Below are positions 1 through 10,851 of a DNA stretch of 64,000 bases, piece by piece. The position numbers and the translations under genes are program-made. The notes under the pieces are model-generated. The model was not told the DNA's origin and made no database searches. It saw only the letters and a list, made by a program, of their open reading frames with translations. The first letter of the stretch is position 1. Every line of letters begins with the position of its first letter. This DNA is from an uncultured Solirubrobacterales bacterium (GTDB taxonomy: Bacteria; Actinomycetota; Thermoleophilia; Solirubrobacterales; Solirubrobacteraceae): contig CAWGWP010000001.1 in NCBI GenBank assembly GCA_963826395.1, positions 441,768 to 505,767 on the forward strand, given 5' to 3'.

Positions 1-2
1 CC

Positions 3-451
3 GTCGTCGCCGAGCCGTACGCGGCCGCCGCCGCCGAGCTGGGGATCCCCCAGCAACGCCTGCTTGACCATCTTCATGGAATGCGGGAGCGCCGGCTGCT
101 ACGGCGCGTCGCGGCGATCCTGTTTCACCGGCGCGCCGGCTTCAGCGCCAACGGGATGGGGGTGTGGAAGGTGCCCGACGAACGGATCATGGAGCTCGGC
201 CCTCGGATGGCGGCCTTCCGAGGGATCTCGCACTGCTACCAGCGCCCCACCTACCAGGACTGGCCGTACTCGATCTTCACGATGGCGCACGGCCGCTCGA
301 AGGAGGAGTGCGACGCGATCCTCGACTCGATCTCGGCCGAGACCGGAATCGGCGACCGCGCGACGCTCTATTCCTCGACCGAGTTCAAGAAGATTCGCCT
401 GCTCTACTTCACCGAGGACTTCCGGGCCTGGGAACGCGAGCACGCCGGGGT

Positions 452-455
<4 letters not shown>
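3..455 (+). CDS. Siroheme decarboxylase AhbB/NirDL-like (Lrp/AsnC fold), 5' truncated
   Basis: GFSANGMGVW, ISHCYQRP..DWPYSIFTMAHGRS, LYSSTEFKK motifs; frame open to window edge; overlaps hemL start (GTGA). Confidence 0.85.
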
Positions 456-1743
<1,288 letters not shown>

Positions 1744-1747
<4 letters not shown>

Positions 1748-2208
1748 GCAGGGTGCTGTTCGAGGAGCTGCGATCGCGCGGCGGCGCCCTCGGCGAGTGT
1801 GCGAGGTCGCCGGCGAATGGAGCCGAGCGGCCGCCGGGGCCTCCGCAGAAGGCGGCCTCCGGACCGCGGGCCACCGGAAACGAGGCCGAGTACGAGCTCC
1901 TGCTGGAGATGATCCTGGAGGGCTCGCTTCTGCACTACGGCTCGCCCCGCGTGATCCACACCGACGACCCCGACCTGGCGCTGCTGCTCGGCGACCAGCT
2001 GTACGCCCTGGGGCTGGCGCGGCTCGCCGCGCTCGGTGACCTGGAGGCGGTCGACGTGCTCGCGGACGTGATCTCCCAGATCGCTCAGGCCAACGCCGAG
2101 GGCGATCCCGAACGCGCCGGCGCTATCTGGGAGGCGGGGGCGCGGGTCGTCGGATGGGGCACGAACGAAGTGCCGGAAGCGCCCGATCGGCGCCCGCAGG
2201 GCTCGTGA
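1744..2208 (+). CDS. Hypothetical protein, degenerate isoprenoid-synthase-like helix (LLLGDQLYALGL)
   Basis: GTG overlapping hemL stop; in operon; motif resembles polyprenyl synthetase segment. Confidence 0.65.
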
Positions 2209-2279
2209 CGGTCGCCTCGATGTTGACGATAGCCTGTGGCGCGCTGTTCAATTTCGGACCCGCCTAGAGCCTGAAGTAC

Positions 2280-2957
2280 GTGCCTGATCGACGCCAAGCC
2301 AAGTCCAAGTACACCCTCGACCGCAACATGCCGGGCGCGTTCGAAGGCGAGACCGTCAACCGACGGCGGTTCATGAACCTGACGGCCAACGGGGTCGGCG
2401 CCGTCGCGACCGCCGCGTTCACGCTGCCCGCGCTCGGGTTCGCGCTGGCGCCTGTGTTCAAGACCCAGAATGCCCCGTGGCAGGCGATCGGCCCGCCGGC
2501 GGACTTCACCAACGACAACTATGCGGTAAAGGTGATCACGATCGTCCCGGGGATCGGAGAGGCCGGCAAGTCGATCGCGTACGTCCGGGCGCGCAACCCG
2601 TCGCTCGACACGGAGCCCGAGGACCAGTACAACCACTGGATCGCGCTGTCGTCGCGCTGCATGCACCTCGGCTGCCCGGTCCGCTGGGTCGACGCAGCAC
2701 AGCGCTTCATTTGCCCGTGTCATGGGGGCGTCTATAACATCCGCGGGCAAGTCGCCGGCGGCCCTCCGGTCCGTCCGCTTGACCGCTTCTACACGCGCCT
2801 GAACACGAGCACCGGGCTCGTCGAGCTCGGTCCGCGCTACTCGGTCAACTCCGAGTTCCAGCGCTTCTCTCCCCGCGATCCAGCAGAACCGATCGACGGG
2901 ATCAGCCAGTACCTGTATCCCGCCCGCTGGTCCACCAACAACCTGCCCCCGGGCTAG
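2280..2957 (+). CDS. qcrA: Rieske Fe-S subunit of menaquinol:cytochrome c reductase
   Basis: Tat motif NRRRFM + TM helix; CMHLGC and CPCHGG boxes. Confidence 0.95.
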   Translation: MPDRRQAKSKYTLDRNMPGAFEGETVNRRRFMNLTANGVGAVATAAFTLPALGFALAPVFKTQNAPWQAIGPPADFTNDNYAVKVITIVPGIGEAGKSIAYVRARNPSLDTEPEDQYNHWIALSSRCMHLGCPVRWVDAAQRFICPCHGGVYNIRGQVAGGPPVRPLDRFYTRLNTSTGLVELGPRYSVNSEFQRFSPRDPAEPIDGISQYLYPARWSTNNLPPG

Positions 2958-2961
2958 CCAC

Positions 2962-3774
2962 GTGCCTCGCCTACCCGCCCCGCCGCTTCCGAAGATCCTC
3001 AAGCCGAAACCGGGTAAGCCGGGCGAGAATGGACACAACGGCTCGCTGCTCAACCCGGTCGAGGGCGGGATCACCGCCGTCGACTGGATCGACGAGCGCA
3101 CCTCGCTGTCGCCCGCCCTGCGATGGCTCCTGTGGCGGAAGGTCCCGCGCGGCATCAACTGGTACTACACGCTCGGCTCGGCGACGCTGTTCGCATTCCT
3201 CAACCAGGCCGTGACCGGGGTCTTCCTGGCGATGTACTACCGCCCGGACGTTGCGGGCGGCGCCTACGAGTCGATCCGGAACATCGACGACAACGTGTTC
3301 CTCGGCCAGCTCGTGCGCGGGATGCACAAGTGGGGCGCGTCGGTGATGATCATCCTGATCTTCCTGCACATGGCGCGCGTGTTCTTCTACGGAGCCTACA
3401 AGTACCCGCGCGAGCTCACCTGGATCATCGGCGTGACGCTGCTGATCCTGACGCTGGTGATGGGCTTCACCGGATACCTGCTCCCGTTCGACCAGCGCTC
3501 CTACTGGGCCACGATCGTCGGCGTCAACATCAACGGCACCGGGCCGTTCGTCGGGCCGTTCCTGTCGGACTTCCTGCGCGCCGGCCCCGAGTTCGGGGCG
3601 ACCACGCTGTCGCGCTTCTACTCGATTCACATGCTGCTGGTCCCCGGTGCGATGGCCGCTTTGATCGGCGCGCACCTCTACCTCGTCACCAAGCTCGGGA
3701 TCACCGCGCCGCCATGGATCAAGCCGGCGGATGACGATCCGGTGGTGCGCGAGCTCGAAGAGGCGCAGGTGTAA
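2962..3774 (+). CDS. qcrB: Cytochrome b6-like subunit (N-terminal half of cytochrome b)
   Basis: RGMHKWGAS, LHMARVF, FTGYLLPFDQRSYWA, RFYSIH...AH heme ligands. Confidence 0.95.
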   Translation: MPRLPAPPLPKILKPKPGKPGENGHNGSLLNPVEGGITAVDWIDERTSLSPALRWLLWRKVPRGINWYYTLGSATLFAFLNQAVTGVFLAMYYRPDVAGGAYESIRNIDDNVFLGQLVRGMHKWGASVMIILIFLHMARVFFYGAYKYPRELTWIIGVTLLILTLVMGFTGYLLPFDQRSYWATIVGVNINGTGPFVGPFLSDFLRAGPEFGATTLSRFYSIHMLLVPGAMAALIGAHLYLVTKLGITAPPWIKPADDDPVVRELEEAQV

Positions 3775-3778
3775 TCGG

Positions 3779-4516
3779 ATGAATCAGGCCGAGAAGGAGG
3801 CCTACCTCCGCGATTACTCGATCCTGAAGAACGAAGGCAAGCCGTTCTTCCCCTACGCCGTGGCCAAGGACGGAACGATGGCCGTGATCGTGATGGGCGT
3901 GATCATCTTCCTGGCGCTGCTGTTCGGCGCCGAGCTGGGGCCGAAGGCCGACCCGACGACGACCACCTACGTACCGCGGCCCGACTGGTACTTCTACTTC
4001 CTGTTCGAAGTCCTGCGGGTGATGAAGAACGTGCCGAAGTTCACCCCGATGGCGGCGATCGGCGTGCCGACGATCGCCATGATCCTGCTGTTCCTGTTGC
4101 CGTTCTACGACCGCAGCCCGGAGCGGCGGATCGAGCGCCGCCCGATCGCGCTGGCGGCGGGAGTGGCGACGATTGCGGCGATGGCCTACCTGACCTATTC
4201 GGGCGCTAACACAGGCTCGCCGAACTCGGTCGACATGAGTCCCCCGGCAAACCTCACCGCTCAGCAGAAGGCGACGTTCGTAGCCGGCGAACTGGTAGTG
4301 GGCCAGTCGGGGTGCCTGGCCTGCCATGTGATCGGCTCAAACGGCAACAACGGTCCCGGACCGAACCTGACCCACATCGGTTCGCTGCTCCCGGCGCAGG
4401 CGATCGCTTCGACGCTCATCAACCCCACGGCGCCGATGCCGTCGTTCAAGGGCCTCGCCACTCAAACCCCGCAGAAATTCCAGAATCTCGTAGGTTTCCT
4501 CTCGGAATTGCAGTAG
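3779..4516 (+). CDS. qcrC: Subunit IV fused to c-type cytochrome
   Basis: PRPDWYFYF (PEWY equivalent), TM helices, CLACH heme motif, distal MP. Confidence 0.92.
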   Translation: MNQAEKEAYLRDYSILKNEGKPFFPYAVAKDGTMAVIVMGVIIFLALLFGAELGPKADPTTTTYVPRPDWYFYFLFEVLRVMKNVPKFTPMAAIGVPTIAMILLFLLPFYDRSPERRIERRPIALAAGVATIAAMAYLTYSGANTGSPNSVDMSPPANLTAQQKATFVAGELVVGQSGCLACHVIGSNGNNGPGPNLTHIGSLLPAQAIASTLINPTAPMPSFKGLATQTPQKFQNLVGFLSELQ

Positions 4517-4533
4517 CTCCTCCCCGGGACCGA

Positions 4534-5295
4534 ATGGCGCGCGCACACATCGCTTCGGCCGGGGCGCCCCGCGGCTCTCCGGCGACCCCCCCTCCGGGAG
4601 TTCTCGAGGAGGCGCAGGTGCGGGCGATGTTCGACCGGATCGCCGGCCTCTATGACCGGATGAACACGGTGATGACCGCGGGGCTTCACCACCGATGGCG
4701 GGAGCGCGCGGCCGAGCTCGCGGCGCTGGGCGGGGGCGCCACGGCGCTGGACGTTGCCACAGGAACCGGTGACCTGGCGCTCGCGCTGGCGGCTCGAGTG
4801 GGACCGGAGGGCGAGGTGATCGGCACGGACTTCTCGGAGCGAATGCTCGAGCTGGCGCGCGCGAAGGCCGTCGGCGCGAGCGCTCATCCGCGCTTCGAGT
4901 TCGCCAACGCGCTCGCCCTCCCGTACGAGGCCGACCGCTTCGACGCGGCGACGGTCGGTTTCGGCGCACGGAACTTCTCCGATCTGGAGCAGGGTCTGCG
5001 GGAGATGATCCGGGTCGTCAAGCCGGGCGGGCGCGTCGTCGTGCTCGAGATCACGACCCCCACTCGGCCGCCGCTGTCCGCCTTCTTCGAGCTCTGGTTC
5101 GACCGGGTGGTACCCGCGCTCGGGCGGCTCGCGGGCGACCCCGACGCCTACAGCTACCTGCCCCGTTCGGTCAAGCGGTTCCCCGGACCCCTTGAGCTCG
5201 CTTCCCTAATGTGGCGCTCCGGGTTGCGCGAGGTCCGCTACGTCCTGACCGCCGGCGGGATCATCGCGCTGCACGCGGGAGTGGTGGCGGCGTGA
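4534..5295 (+). CDS. menG: Demethylmenaquinone methyltransferase (UbiE/MenG)
   Basis: MFDRIAGLYDRMN, LDVATGTGD, VGFGARN, AYSYLPRSV. Confidence 0.92.
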   Translation: MARAHIASAGAPRGSPATPPPGVLEEAQVRAMFDRIAGLYDRMNTVMTAGLHHRWRERAAELAALGGGATALDVATGTGDLALALAARVGPEGEVIGTDFSERMLELARAKAVGASAHPRFEFANALALPYEADRFDAATVGFGARNFSDLEQGLREMIRVVKPGGRVVVLEITTPTRPPLSAFFELWFDRVVPALGRLAGDPDAYSYLPRSVKRFPGPLELASLMWRSGLREVRYVLTAGGIIALHAGVVAA

Positions 5296-6261
5296 GCGCG
5301 GAGGCGGTACAGGCGGTAGTCGACCTCGGCGGTGAGCAGGTGGCGCGCATGCTCGAGCGCGTCGAGCAGCGGATGGAGGAGCTCGCCGTGGGCCACGGTC
5401 TGCCGCTCTCTCGGCACGCCGCGCAGACGATCGCGGCGGGGGGCAAACGGCTACGGCCGCTGTTGGTCTGCCTGGCGGCGGGCGCTCCGCCCCCGGAGAC
5501 CGACGGCCTCCTCAGGGCGGCGGTCGCCGTGGAGCTGGTCCACGGCGCCACCCTGATCCACGATGACGTGCTCGATGGCTCCGCGCTGCGCCGGGGCCGC
5601 CCGACCGTGTTCGCGGCCGGTGGCCGGGCGATGGCGACGGCCACCGGAGATCTCCTCTTCTCACGCGCGTTCGCTGAGCTCGCGTCGACCCGCTCGGTGG
5701 ACGCGGTGCGGACCCTGTCACGTGCCAGCAGCGAGCTCGCCGAGGGGGAGCTGATGCAGCGCGCCGACGCCTTCGACACCGCCGTGGGCGCCGGGCGCTA
5801 CTTCGAGCGCTGCCGGCTCAAGACGGCCGTCCTGTTCCGCGCCGCATGCGAACTGGGATCGCTCGAGTCCGGAGGCCCCGCTCGGGAGCTGGCGGCGTTC
5901 GGCGAGCAGATCGGGCTGGCGTTTCAGCTGCTGGACGACGTGCTTGACGTCACCGGCCCGGCGGAGCGGACCGGCAAGCCGCGGGGTGCGGACCTGCTCG
6001 ACGGGACCGTCACGCTCCCGCTTATCCTGGCGCGTGAGGACGACCCCGGTCTCGCCGAGCTCGATCTTCGGAAGCTCGGGACCCCGCAGGACGCGGTCAC
6101 GGTGTGCGAGCGGATCGCCGCCACCCGCGCGCTCGAGGAAGCTCGCGAGTGCGCCCTGGAGCTGGTCGCGGGCGCGAAGGCGGCGCTCCCGCCCCTCCCG
6201 CGGCGGCAGCGCACAGCGCTGCGAGCTCGTCGCCGACGGCGTCGTCGAGCGGTATTCCTAG
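5292..6261 (+). CDS. Polyprenyl diphosphate synthase (frameshift near 6220)
   Basis: GGKRLRP, LIHDDVLD, RRGRPT, KTA, FQLLDDVLD; C-terminus ELVADGVVERYS lies in another frame. Confidence 0.9.
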
Positions 6262-6654
6262 AAATCTTCGGGGAGGATCAGGTTCGCGTCGAGCGCGGCG
6301 ATGAAGCGGTCGACCTCGTCGGCCATGTTGGCCTGTGCGAGCCGCTGGAGGTCGGCGAGCATGTCGGCGAGCCCGTCTTCCAGGCGATCCTCCAGGTCCT
6401 CGACCTCGGACTGAGAGTAGACGCCCTCGGCGAACCACTCGCAGTTGGGGCAGAGCAGCAGCAGCTCCCAGCGCGACTCGTCGACCTCCGACCAGGAGTG
6501 CGGCTGCACCAGCGAGCAGTTGCACTCCGGGCAGATGTGAAGCGGCCTGCCGGGCGCCTCGGCATTGTCCTCGTGGAAGCGGACCACTTCGATCTTCCGG
6601 CCGCTCGGTAGGACGATTCTGTGTACGGAGTGGTTGATTCGTGCCTTTGTCCAC
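6258..6654 (-). CDS. Hypothetical Zn-ribbon protein (CPEC...CPNC), probable frameshift just after start
   Basis: GGGAG RBS then GTG at 6654; coding frame HRIVLPSGRKIEVV..LHICPEC..CPNCEW..ILPEDF. Confidence 0.7.
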
Positions 6655-6675
6655 TGATGTCTCCCGGTATGCCTG

Positions 6676-6703
6676 GTATCGGCGTCGGGGTAGGAGACCT
6701 TGA
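6676..6703 (-). promoter_or_regulatory. sigma28/WhiG-type promoter TCAAG-N15-GCCGATAC
   Basis: Close match to TAAA(G)-N15-GCCGATAA consensus just upstream of RBS and GTG 6654. Confidence 0.65.
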
Positions 6704-6771
6704 GTCGATTCTTGCCCCAAACTGCGGGCAGAACGCTAACCTTGGGAACCCCGGTCCCGGAAGGCTTGCGC

Positions 6772-7023
6772 ATGTTCCGAAATCCCCTTATTGATGCGAT
6801 CGTCTTGCTTCTGGTGGTGCTGCTGATCTTTGGGCCCAAGCGCTTGCCAGGTCTCGGCCGCGGTCTCGGACAGGGGATGAAGGAATTCAAGGACGGAATC
6901 ACCGGCAAGGCTTCCGTCGAAGAAGACGACGAGCAGCCTGTCTTGTCGTCCGGGACCGCGCCCGAGCCGCCCGCAGCCTCGCCGCCGTCTGCCGAGGTGG
7001 GGTCCTCGGAGCGCCGCTCCTAG
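6772..7023 (+). CDS. tatA: Tat translocase subunit TatA
   Basis: LLIFGPKRLPGLGRGLGQGMKEFK. Confidence 0.95.
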   Translation: MFRNPLIDAIVLLLVVLLIFGPKRLPGLGRGLGQGMKEFKDGITGKASVEEDDEQPVLSSGTAPEPPAASPPSAEVGSSERRS

Positions 7024-7047
7024 CGGCCAGCGGGCGGAAGACGACCG

Positions 7048-8043
7048 GTGCCGAAGGTCCTGCGGCCGATCGGCCATGAAGACAGGCTGAGCATCGTCGA
7101 CCATCTCGACGAGCTGCGCTCGCGTCTGATCGTCTGCCTCGCCGCCCTGCTCGTCGCGTTCGGCGTGTGCTTTTGGCAGAACCACGCGCTGCTCAGCGTC
7201 CTCAACCGTGCCCTGCCGCACGTGTCCTCCGTATCGGGGCAGCACGGGCTGGGGTCGGTGCCGAACCGGTCCGCCAAGGAGCGCGCGGGACTCTTGAAGA
7301 CGGCGGCCGCGTTTGACGCGCTCGCGGCAGCGCCGGGAACCTCGAATCAGGCCAAGCTCGCCTATGCGCAGGCGGCACAAGGGATCAGTACGGCGGCCAA
7401 CACGCTCCCCGCGACCGCCCAGCTGCAGGAGAAGCCGATCACGATCGGGGTGGGGGAGCCCTTCACCACGACGATCACGGTGGCGGCGTATTTTGCGCTG
7501 CTGTTCACGCTGCCGGTGCTGATCTACGAGGGCTACGCGTTCGTGATCCCGGCGCTCAACCCGAGCGAACGGCGGGCGGCGATTCCGCTGATGGCGGTCG
7601 CGCCGGCGCTGTTCCTGATAGGGGTGGCGTTCGCCTACGTGGTGGTGCTCCCGCCGGCGGTCCACTTCCTCCAGGGCTACAACAGCGACTCGTTCGACGT
7701 GCTCGTGCAGGCCAAGGCCTACTACACGTTCGAGATCTTCACGATGCTCGGCATCGGGCTGGCATTCCAGTTGCCGCTCGGGCTGCTGGCGCTGCACCGC
7801 CTCGGGGTGATCGATGGGCACACCCTGACCAGGCACTGGCGCTACGCTACGGTCATCATCGCGGTGATCGCCGCTGCCATGCCGGGGGCCGATCCGGTCA
7901 CGACCGGCCTCGAGGCGCTCCCGCTCGTAGTTCTCTTCCTCGCCAGTATCGTGATGCTCAGAATCGCAGACCGTCGGGCAGCGGCTCGAGCCGCCGCTGA
8001 GGCTGTGCAACCGTTCGACGCCGGTGCCGAGCTGCCGTCCTAG
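7048..8043 (+). CDS. tatC: Tat translocase subunit TatC
   Basis: DHLDELRSRL, FVIPAL, AFQLP, RHWRYA, PGADP; extra extracytoplasmic loop. Confidence 0.95.
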   Translation: MPKVLRPIGHEDRLSIVDHLDELRSRLIVCLAALLVAFGVCFWQNHALLSVLNRALPHVSSVSGQHGLGSVPNRSAKERAGLLKTAAAFDALAAAPGTSNQAKLAYAQAAQGISTAANTLPATAQLQEKPITIGVGEPFTTTITVAAYFALLFTLPVLIYEGYAFVIPALNPSERRAAIPLMAVAPALFLIGVAFAYVVVLPPAVHFLQGYNSDSFDVLVQAKAYYTFEIFTMLGIGLAFQLPLGLLALHRLGVIDGHTLTRHWRYATVIIAVIAAAMPGADPVTTGLEALPLVVLFLASIVMLRIADRRAAARAAAEAVQPFDAGAELPS

Positions 8044-8046
8044 ACC

Positions 8047-8714
8047 ATGCTTTTCGACCTTCGTAGCCGCGGCCGCCGCCGAACCGTCCAGGGGGTTTAC
8101 CTCGGGCTCGCGCTGCTGATGGGCGGCGGGCTGGTGCTGTTCGGGGTCGGCGCCGGCAACGGGTTCGGCGGGCTCCTGAACGCGTTCAGCGGCAACGGCT
8201 CGGGCAACAACCAGAACCAGGTCGTAAACCAGCAGGTCCAGACCGCGCAGAAGCAGGTCAACCTCAACCCGAGCAGCTCCTCGGCATGGGCGGGGATGGT
8301 GCAGGCCCGGTGGACGGTCGCCGGGCAGGGGAGTAACTACAACACCGCGACCGCCACGTTCAGCGCCTCGGGCAAGCGGCAGCTGACCGGCGCGACGCAG
8401 GCCTGGCAGCATTATCTCCAGCTGACCAAGTCGCCGGATCCCAATCTGGCCGTGCTCGCAGCCCGCGCGTACGCGGGGCTCGGCGACTACGCCGGCGAGG
8501 CGGGCGCCTGGGAGATCGAGACGGTCGCCAGCCCGACCGCGGTCAAGGGCTACGAGTGCCTGGCAGTCTCGGCGTACGCCGCCAAGCAGATCCGCAAGGG
8601 GGATCTCGCCTGATCAAGGCGCTGACACTCGTGCCGAAGACCCAGCGCGCGCTGCTCAAGACGCAGCTCAACCAGGCCAAGAGTCAGCCGGCAGCGTTCG
8701 CCCAGCAGTGCTGA
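8047..8714 (+). CDS. Membrane-anchored helical-repeat (TPR-like) hypothetical protein, frameshift near 8610
   Basis: N-terminal TM after RRR; reading continues LIKALTLVPKTQR...QQC* to 8714 in alternate frame. Confidence 0.7.
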
Positions 8715-8787
8715 GGGGCGGTGGCCGCGCTCTGCGCGCAAGCGGCGACGCGGCACGCCCGGCGGCGGCTAACATCGGCCGACCCCT

Positions 8788-8860
8788 GGGCCGTTAGCTC
8801 AACTGGTAGAGCAGGGGACTCTTAATCCCAAGGTTGGAGGTTCGAGTCCTCCACGGCCCA
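8788..8860 (+). tRNA. tRNA-Lys (CTT)
   Basis: Acceptor GGGCCGT/ACGGCCC-A, D-arm GCTC..GAGC, anticodon CTT 8821-8823, T-arm GGAGG-TTCGAGT-CCTCC; CCA not encoded. Confidence 0.97.
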
Positions 8861-8862
8861 CT
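8818..8862 (+). repeat. attL core (45 bp)
   Basis: actcttaatcccaaggttggaggttcgagtcctccacggcccact identical to 20257-20301. Confidence 0.95.
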
Positions 8863-8863
8863 C

Positions 8864-8894
8864 AAAAAGCCCCGCGCAGGCGGGGTTTTTGTTT
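8864..8894 (+). terminator. Intrinsic terminator after tRNA
   Basis: aaaaagccccgc-gcag-gcggggttttt hairpin with T tract. Confidence 0.8.
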
Positions 8895-8918
8895 GGGCCG
8901 GTTGTTGGGCGAGGAGCG

Positions 8919-8940
8919 AATATGTCCCCAATATGTCCCG
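8919..8940 (+). repeat. Tandem AATATGTCCC x2, candidate integrase arm sites
   Basis: 11-bp period; shares TGTCCC with repeats near attR. Confidence 0.55.
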
Positions 8941-8963
8941 AGATGGGCGTATGGTGCGGCTTT

Positions 8964-10140
8964 ATGGCGGGAGAGTTGCGGGTTCCGACAGGGCATGTGT
9001 TCAGGGTCGAGCGGGCGCGCGGGCCTGTCTGGTATTGCAAAGTACCGGCTGCCCGACGGCAGGCAGGTGCAGAAGAAGCTCGGGCCTGCCTGTACCGAGC
9101 GGGGCCGACCGCCCGCTGGCTACTTCACCAAGCGGATTGCCGAGGATTGGCTGAGGTCGGTTCTCGACGAGGCGCGGCGCGGGACGCTCCCGGGGCTCGT
9201 TCGCACCGGGGCGACCTTCGCAGATGCGGCGGCTGAGTACCTGCGCTACGTCGAGCACGATCGCGGCCGCAAGCCGTCGACGCTGAGGGGCTACCGCTCG
9301 GCGATCGGCGTCCATCTCCTGCCCGCCTTCGGCGAGCTGCCCGTCGAGGCGGTGACGACCGAAGTGATCGAGCGCTGGATCGCCGAGTTCGGCGGATCCG
9401 CTCGGACTCGGAACAAGCTGCTGATCCAGCTGCACGGGATCCTCGGGAGGGCGAAGAAGCTCTACGGCCTTCCCGCGAACGCTGCCGCGGAGGTCGAGAA
9501 GTTCCCTGAGCGGCGCAGCGGCGACATCGACGTCTTCTTGCCGGAGGAGGTGTGGGCGCTCGTGCGCGCCGCGGCGTCTGAGCAGGACGCGGCGATCTTT
9601 CTGACTGCGGCCTTCACCGGCCTGCGGATGGGCGAGCTGCTCGCGCTTCGCTGGCGCGACGTCGACTTCGCCGGCCAGACGATCCGGGTGCGCGCCAGCT
9701 ACTACGCCGGGCAGCTGACGACACCGAAGTCGGGCAAGGTCCGGGCGGTGCCGATGGCTCCGGACGTGGCCACCGCGCTCGCGCGGCTCGGCAGCCGGGA
9801 CGACTGGGTCGACGACGACGACCGGGTATTCGTCGGCGAGACCGGTGGCTATCTCGATGGGTCAGCGCTCCGGCGGCGCTACAAGGCCGCCTTGACAGCC
9901 GCGGGACTGCGATCGCTGCGCTTCCACGATCTGCGCCACACGTTCGGGACCCGGATGATCACCAAGGCCGACATCCGCAGGGTGCAGGAATGGATGGGGC
10001 ACGCGGACATCCAGACGACGATGCGTTACCTGCACTACGCCCCGCGCGGGGAGGACGCCAGCCTCGTGGCCGAGGCGTTCGCACTGGCTTCAGGCGATGC
10101 CGCAACAGCCAGGACTACAGGCTGGGGGGCCGCCCAGTGA
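8964..10140 (+). CDS. Tyrosine integrase (single frameshift near 9036)
   Basis: TGLRMGE, TPKSG, FHDLRH, MGHADIQTTMRY catalytic residues; N-terminus MAGELRVPTGHVFRVER in adjacent frame. Confidence 0.93.
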
Positions 10141-10672
10141 GAGCTTTGGAAACTGCCGATTTGCAGGCAGATGTCCGAAGACGTCCCCAAACGTCCCAAG
10201 ATCTCCGCTGAGAGCACGATGGGCACGGAGCTTCGGCGGCCAGATAGGCCGTCGTTACTGAGGATCCGGATGCTCGGACGTGACCAGGGACGTTTTCAGC
10301 ACATCCTGTGCGTCGAGTGTGTTGCTGTCCGTTGTTGTGGGTTGTTGCTTCGCGGTGAGTCGGTCGAGCGCATCGGGCGGCGGCCTGGAGATGCGCGAGT
10401 CCTGCGGCGGGGCAGGTTGAGGTCTATCGACGACTGGCGAGCAGAGGCAGTCGGAGCACAACCTCTTGTGCTTGTGGTGCAGCGAGCGTGTCTGCGCGAG
10501 GGGGTCGCCCGCCGGCCAGGGACGGCCGGCGGAATCGGTCCGGACGAGGAGTCACGCCGCAGCCCGCGCTGCTGCGTTTAGCCTCAGTGAGCTGTCTGCC
10601 GGAATGCGCTCGTGGCCGCTCCTCTTGCTCACGAGCGGCACCGAGCACCAGGACTACCGGATTCCCAGGCAA

Positions 10673-10713
10673 GAGAAGCAGTCCGCCGTCCGCGGCGTCG
10701 AGCTGATGCTCGT
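10673..10713 (-). repeat. 41-bp dispersed repeat copy 1 (inverted relative to 15076-15116)
   Basis: 39/41 identity to acgagcatcagctcgacgccgcggccggcggactgctcctc. Confidence 0.85.
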
Positions 10714-10851
10714 CGTTCCGATGCGAAAGCGAGGTTGCGATGACTGGAGCGTGTGCGTGCCTGCCGACAGAGGGGCGATCCCATCCGCTTCTGCTGCGCC
10801 CTCGAGGTGTCACGCATAGCGACCTCTGGCAGGGCTTGGCATTTTTGCTGA

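Noticed and set aside
6736-8412. 558-aa minus-strand ORF
   Set aside because: Antisense shadow of tatA/tatC, typical of high-GC DNA; no motifs
9025-9050. Programmed frameshift in the integrase
   Set aside because: No convincing slippery run; a single extra base fits the window's error pattern
10171-10850. ORFs downstream of the integrase (excisionase or others)
   Set aside because: Overlapping ORFs lack RBS, motifs and codon bias; region is repeat-rich
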